Source: Pristiophorus japonicus
Lineage: Eukaryota
Assembly (NCBI RefSeq): GCF_044704955.1
Contig: NC_091992.1
Location: forward strand, 73,966,001-74,030,000
Length of the DNA stretch: 64,000 bases
Direction of reading: 5' to 3'
The stretch's first letter is position 1; each line of letters opens with the position of its first letter. The translations under genes were made by a program, and so were the position numbers. Under the pieces are notes generated by a model, which saw nothing but the letters and a program-made list of their open reading frames with translations, did no database searches and was not told where the DNA came from. Positions 59,291 to 64,000 of this stretch are shown in pieces.

Positions 59291-61626
59291 CATTGCTCCC
59301 CACTCTCGGGCGCTCTTTTCATCAGCCTCCGATCTCGCTGTCCCTTGCTCTAATCTTGCTGTGGGATTCTCTGAGTGCTTTCTCACTCCCAGTTTAGCAT
59401 TGGTGCGACATGATTTCATATACTCGGTGACCAAGTGTAAATTGGGAATTTAAGGGCTGACCCGCCAGAGTAGTGGAGTGACCCTGGGAGGGGGATTCTC
59501 TTTCTCCGCACGGAGCGCAGATCCAGTGAAACCTGGTCTACAACGTGCCCCGAGCAGCTGCAGGCACTTTGTCAACACACCTAATATAAAAAGACTTGCA
59601 TTTATATAGCGCCTTTCATGACCACCGGTCTTCTGAAAGCGATTTACAGCCAACCAATTTTTGAGTGTAATCACTGAAATGCAGCACAGCAAGCTCCCAC
59701 AATCAGCAATGTGATAATGACCAGATCATCTGTTTTTGTGATGTTGATTGAGGGATAAATATTGGCCAGGACACTGGGGAGAACTGCCCCACTCTTCTTT
59801 GAAATAGTGTCTTCGGATTTTTTATGTTCATCTGAAAGGGCAGACGGGGCCTTGGATTAAAGTCTCATCTGAAAGACTGCACCTCTGACAGTGCAGCTCT
59901 CCCTCAGCACTGCACTGGAGTGTCAGCCTGGATTATGGGCTCAAGTCTCTGGAGTGGGGCTTGAACCCACAACCTTCTGACTCGGGTGAGAGTGCTATCC
60001 ACTGAGCCAAGGTTGACACCAGTTTAAATGTTTAGGGAGCGTGGATTCTCCTCTGCCGCTCTCTACACATTAAAACTTTTTAATATGGCTGTACTGGACA
60101 AGTCTAACCAGGCCATGTGAAGGCAGTTCTGGTATCTGTGGTGTGATGGCTCCCTTGGACATTCAGTCCACTACTGAATATAAAATGTGACCACCTGGTT
60201 AATTTTATCTCCACTAAATCACCAACTTTGTTGCACAGTTGAGGCCTGACATTGGAACTTGCAGCTATTTATTAAAAAAACTTTACTTATTAAAACAGTT
60301 AATTCCAAAAACAGGTGAATTTTATTTCCCATACTTCCCCACACTGCACAACTAATCAGTTTTTAAACTGTCTGTACATCAATCTTGCTGCAGTAATGGG
60401 TGTCCACCACCCAGCGTATTTAAACATTAAAACAAACCCACTCCATTCCTGTAGCTATAAAGAGCTTCTTTCTCTCTTTAATTCTTGTCAGCGATTCTTG
60501 TCATCAACCATTTTCCCTAGAATTGATGAAATCCTTGTTGATCAGATTTTGAACATTGCCATTAACCTGTGATTCCTTTTGACTTCTGATTGTGTCAAAA
60601 AGCAGTGTTTCTGTACTCCATCTAGCTATCCTGCAATTCAAAGGTATGAGGGTGGTCTCCTTAAAGTGCCGTGTGTCATTGGGTTAATCCTCTTGTCATC
60701 AAGGAATTCCCAATCCAGTTTTCATTTCTGGAAATGTCTTGCCTCACAAGAATTGTTGGTGGGATCCAAGGTTCTCCTGACTGGTCTGACATTATTCCAG
60801 ATTTTCTCCCAGCTGCTGATGCAACAGTTGAATACTCAATCAGTGCCCATAATTCCGGCTGTATGGATCTCTCTTAGGTGGTCCCTCGTATTGAGGATGA
60901 CTTGCTTCCATGCCAAAAAGGGATGAGTTCACAGGTGTTTCAATGAAGGACCTAATATCCCAGATCCTGAACTACATGTTGAAGGGTGGAAGATGGCTGT
61001 GCGTGGATTTTTTTAACGTGTGGTGACTATTGCACACCAGCCACCACACGGGCTTGACAGAGCTAGGTCTTGGTCCAGTGGCAAGGGTTAACCAAGACAA
61101 CTGGAGACCAGCTCTGCTGCACGGACCTACTGCGCACACATATCGCAGTGTGGGCTGGGCCCAGGCTGCCCCTGGGCCCTTGCCTCTTCTGGGCCCCGAA
61201 CTCGTGCCTTCCCTAGGCCCCGATCACATCACACTACAATCTCTCGCCACTCCTCTGCTGCTTGCCGCCTCTCCTGCTGTACCTGCCCACGCTGTACAAA
61301 TACCTAAAGCCTGTGTTAGAAACATAATTGGACCTGCACAATAACGGAGTATAAATTTTCAATTGGTCAAAAAATAATGGGATCTCTTCTGTAAATGTAA
61401 TGAGCACCAATCACTTCATTCTCCTTTCTTGTTGCTCAAATCCCTCTTCCCCAGTTATTGGTCATCTTTTAGCTGGCCTCTGTCTGAGCTGGGGGCTTGG
61501 ATCGAGTCGAGCTTTGGTATTTTGGTTAAGGAAGGTGTTTGGGGAGAATGCTGTTGTCTCCCGGACAGTCTGCTCATGTTGGTGAGCCCCTCAGTCCTCT
61601 GGATTTGTTGCATGCCTTCTAACTTT

Positions 61627-62095
61627 GTGTCAGCTGTGGCTCAGTGGGCAGCACTTTCGCCTCTGAGTCAGAAGGTAGTGGGTTCAAGTCCCGCTCCAGG
61701 AACTTGAGCACAGAAATCTAGGCTGACGCTCCAGGGCAGTGCTGAGGGAGTGCTGCACTGTCAGAGGTGCCGTGTTTCGGATGAGATGTTAAACCGAGGC
61801 CCCATCTGCTCCCTCAAGTAGATGTAAAAGATCCCATGGCACTATTTTGAAGAAGAGCAGGGGAGTTATCCCCGGTGTCCTGGGGCCAATGTTTATCCCT
61901 CAATCGATATCACTAAAACAGATTATCTGGGTCATTATCACATTGCTGTTTGTGGGAGCTTGCTGTGTGCAAATCGGCTGCCGTGTTTCCCACATTACAA
62001 CAGTGACTACACTCAAAGTACTTAATTGGCTGTAAAGCACTTTGAGACGTCCGGTGGTCATGAAAGGTGCTGTATAAACCCAAGTCTTTCTTTCT
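61627..62095 (+). mobile_element. Full-length Deu-domain tRNA-SINE
   Basis: TGGCTCAGTGG A box, GGTTCAAGTCC B box, Deu core, tail AAAGGTGCTGTATAAACCCAAGTCTTTC. Confidence 0.9.
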
Positions 62096-62464
62096 CTTCA
62101 CTCTTTCTCCCATATCCTGGCTATCTTTAGCTCATCAGGCCGTTGGTGTGGAAGCTGCCTCCTCCTTTGCCAGGGACTTGTGCTCTTCGTGACTATAATT
62201 CCTATCTATGGAATCACTATTCCAATCTTTCACTCCATCACTGTCCCTTGAACTCTTATCCTGCCAGTCCAGAATGGAAAGAGAGAAGAACTTGCATTTA
62301 TATAGCACCTTTCACAACCTCAGGATATGCCAAAATGCTTTACAGCCACTTAATTACTTGTTAAAGTGTAGTCACTGTTGTAATGTAGGAAATGCAGCAG
62401 CCAATTTGCGCACAGCACGCTCCCACACACAGCAATGTGATAATGAGCGGATAATCTGCTTTTT

Positions 62465-62505
62465 AGAGTTCTGACGAAGAGTCATCGACCTGAAACGTTA
62501 ACTCT
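62465..62505 (+). ncRNA. Second minimal hammerhead ribozyme motif (weaker stem II)
   Basis: AGAGUU-CUGACGA-A-GAGUC-AUC-GACCU-GAAAC-GUU-AACUCU; 6-bp stem I; one mismatch and one G-U pair in stem II. Confidence 0.55.
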
Positions 62506-62930
62506 GTTTTTCTCTCTCCACAGATGCTGCCTTCTCCACAAATGCTGCCTGACCCGCTGAGATTTGCAGCATTTTCTGTTTTTATTTCAGATTCCAGCCT
62601 CTGCAGTGTTTTGCTTTTGTAATCTGTTTTTGGGTGTTGGTTGAGGGGTAAATATTGGCCAGGACACCAGGTCAATAACTCCCCTGCTCTGCTTTGAAAT
62701 AGTGCTATGGGATCTTTTACGATCCTGAGAGAGCAGACAGGGCCTCGGTTTAACATCTAATCTGAAACACACCACCTCTGACAATGCAGCACTCCCTCTG
62801 CACTGCACTGGTGTGTCAGCCTAGATTATGTTCTTGAGTAAAAACAGAAAATGATAGAAATACTCAGCAGGTCAGGCAGCATCTGTGGAGAGAGAAACAG
62901 AGTTAATGTTTCAGGTCAAACCCAGAACCC

Positions 62931-62967
62931 AGTTCTGATGAAGGGTCATTGACCCGAAACGTTAACT
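62931..62967 (+). ncRNA. Minimal type I hammerhead ribozyme motif (Penelope-type)
   Basis: Stem I AGUU/AACU; core CUGAUGA (62935-62941) plus extra A; stem II GGGUC-AUU-GACCC; GAAAC; GUU cleavage triplet with palindromic AACGUU stem III. Confidence 0.7.
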
Positions 62968-64000
62968 CTGTTTCTCTCTCCACAGATGCTGCCTGACCTG
63001 CTGAGTATTTCTATCATTTTGTTTTTATTTCAGATTCCAGCATCCGCAATGTTTTGCTTTTATATTTATGTTCTCCAGTCCCTGGTGTGCGACTTGAACC
63101 CACAACCTTCTGACTTGGAGTAGAGAGGGCTACCCACTAAGCCATGGCTGACATGTCGGGGCTAAGAGGAGTTCAGACATGGTCACCTTGCTTCGTAACC
63201 GTCAACTGATGGCTGCTTTAATTTCTCGCTCCACCTATAATTGTGTAAACATCCACGGGTGAACTTTATTTTTCTTCTCTGAAATAATTTGCATGGTGGC
63301 TCCACATCCAAGGTTTTTGCTGGCTGGTCTGACATTCCAGATTTTTTTCCAGATGAAGCCTTTTCCATGATGGTATAACCAATGGGACTGTTTTTTTTTT
63401 TCCTTCTTGGGCATCACTGGCAAGGCCAGCACTTATTGCCCATCCCTAATTGCCCCTTCACTGCCACCTTCTTGAACCGCTGCAGTCCCTGTGGTGAAGG
63501 TGCTCCCACAGTGCTGTTGGGGAGGGAGTTCCAGGATTTCGACCCAGCGACGATGAAGGAATGGTGATATATTTCCAAGTCCGGATGGTGTGTGATTTGG
63601 AGGGGAACGTGGAGGTGGTGGTGTTCCCATGCTCCTGCTGCCCTTGTCCTTCTAGATGGTAGAGGTCACGGGTTTGGGAGTTGCTGCAGTGCATCTTGTA
63701 GATGGTGCACACTGCAGCCACAGTGCGCCGGTGGTAGAGGGAGTGAATGTTGAAGGTGATCTAGATGCCCAGAACCAGAGATTCACACATCTTGTGTGGG
63801 TCAAAGTTACTCACCTGAGGGAGGTGTGAAAGCAGAAATTTCCTTTAGTCTCTTAAGCGAAATAGGAGCCTGATGCCTTGGGTCTGCTAGGTACCCCAGA
63901 CCGTGTCTCTCCAAACTTGCGGTGGGCCAAAGCCACTCCCAACCATGGCTGGCTGTTGAAGGGTCCCAGTCCCAAATTGCTGGGTTTCTCCCTGGCGCAC

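Larger units (their letters stand above)
62285..63155 (-). mobile_element. Deu-domain SINE carrying two nested hammerhead-type insertions (62467-62619 and 62835-63065)
   Basis: SINE rejoins across both insertions; duplications TAATCTG(C)TTTTT.G and TTATGTTCT. Confidence 0.85.

Overview
Vertebrate genomic DNA, most likely a shark: the repeats are chondrichthyan-type CR1, L2 and RTE LINEs, Deu-domain tRNA-SINEs and 67-bp/44-bp dispersed tandem arrays. Three protein-coding genes can be built from GT-AG exons. (1) KCTD2 exon 1 on the minus strand (6342-6542); the rest lies beyond the left edge. (2) Complete ATP5PD (ATP synthase subunit d, 161 aa) on the plus strand, head-to-head with KCTD2 on a very short YY1/ETS-rich bidirectional promoter. 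(3) WBP2 exons 1-7 on the plus strand (239 codons); its terminal exon is not securely found. Most of the remainder is nested transposable elements. Most interesting observations: short TSD-flanked mobile units carrying a minimal hammerhead ribozyme (Penelope-type, some as inverted pairs, one in the WBP2 promoter); a 27-bp minisatellite of CpG-containing RFX X-box-like palindromes starting at the KCTD2 exon-1 donor; a tRNA-headed single-ORF LINE with a matching short SINE; a solo LTR inside a Tigger-like element inside a CR1; and a CpG-rich unique island holding a candidate WBP2 PPxY last exon. Exon boundaries were read base by base. TE boundaries are approximate and family names come from recalled motifs, not database searches.
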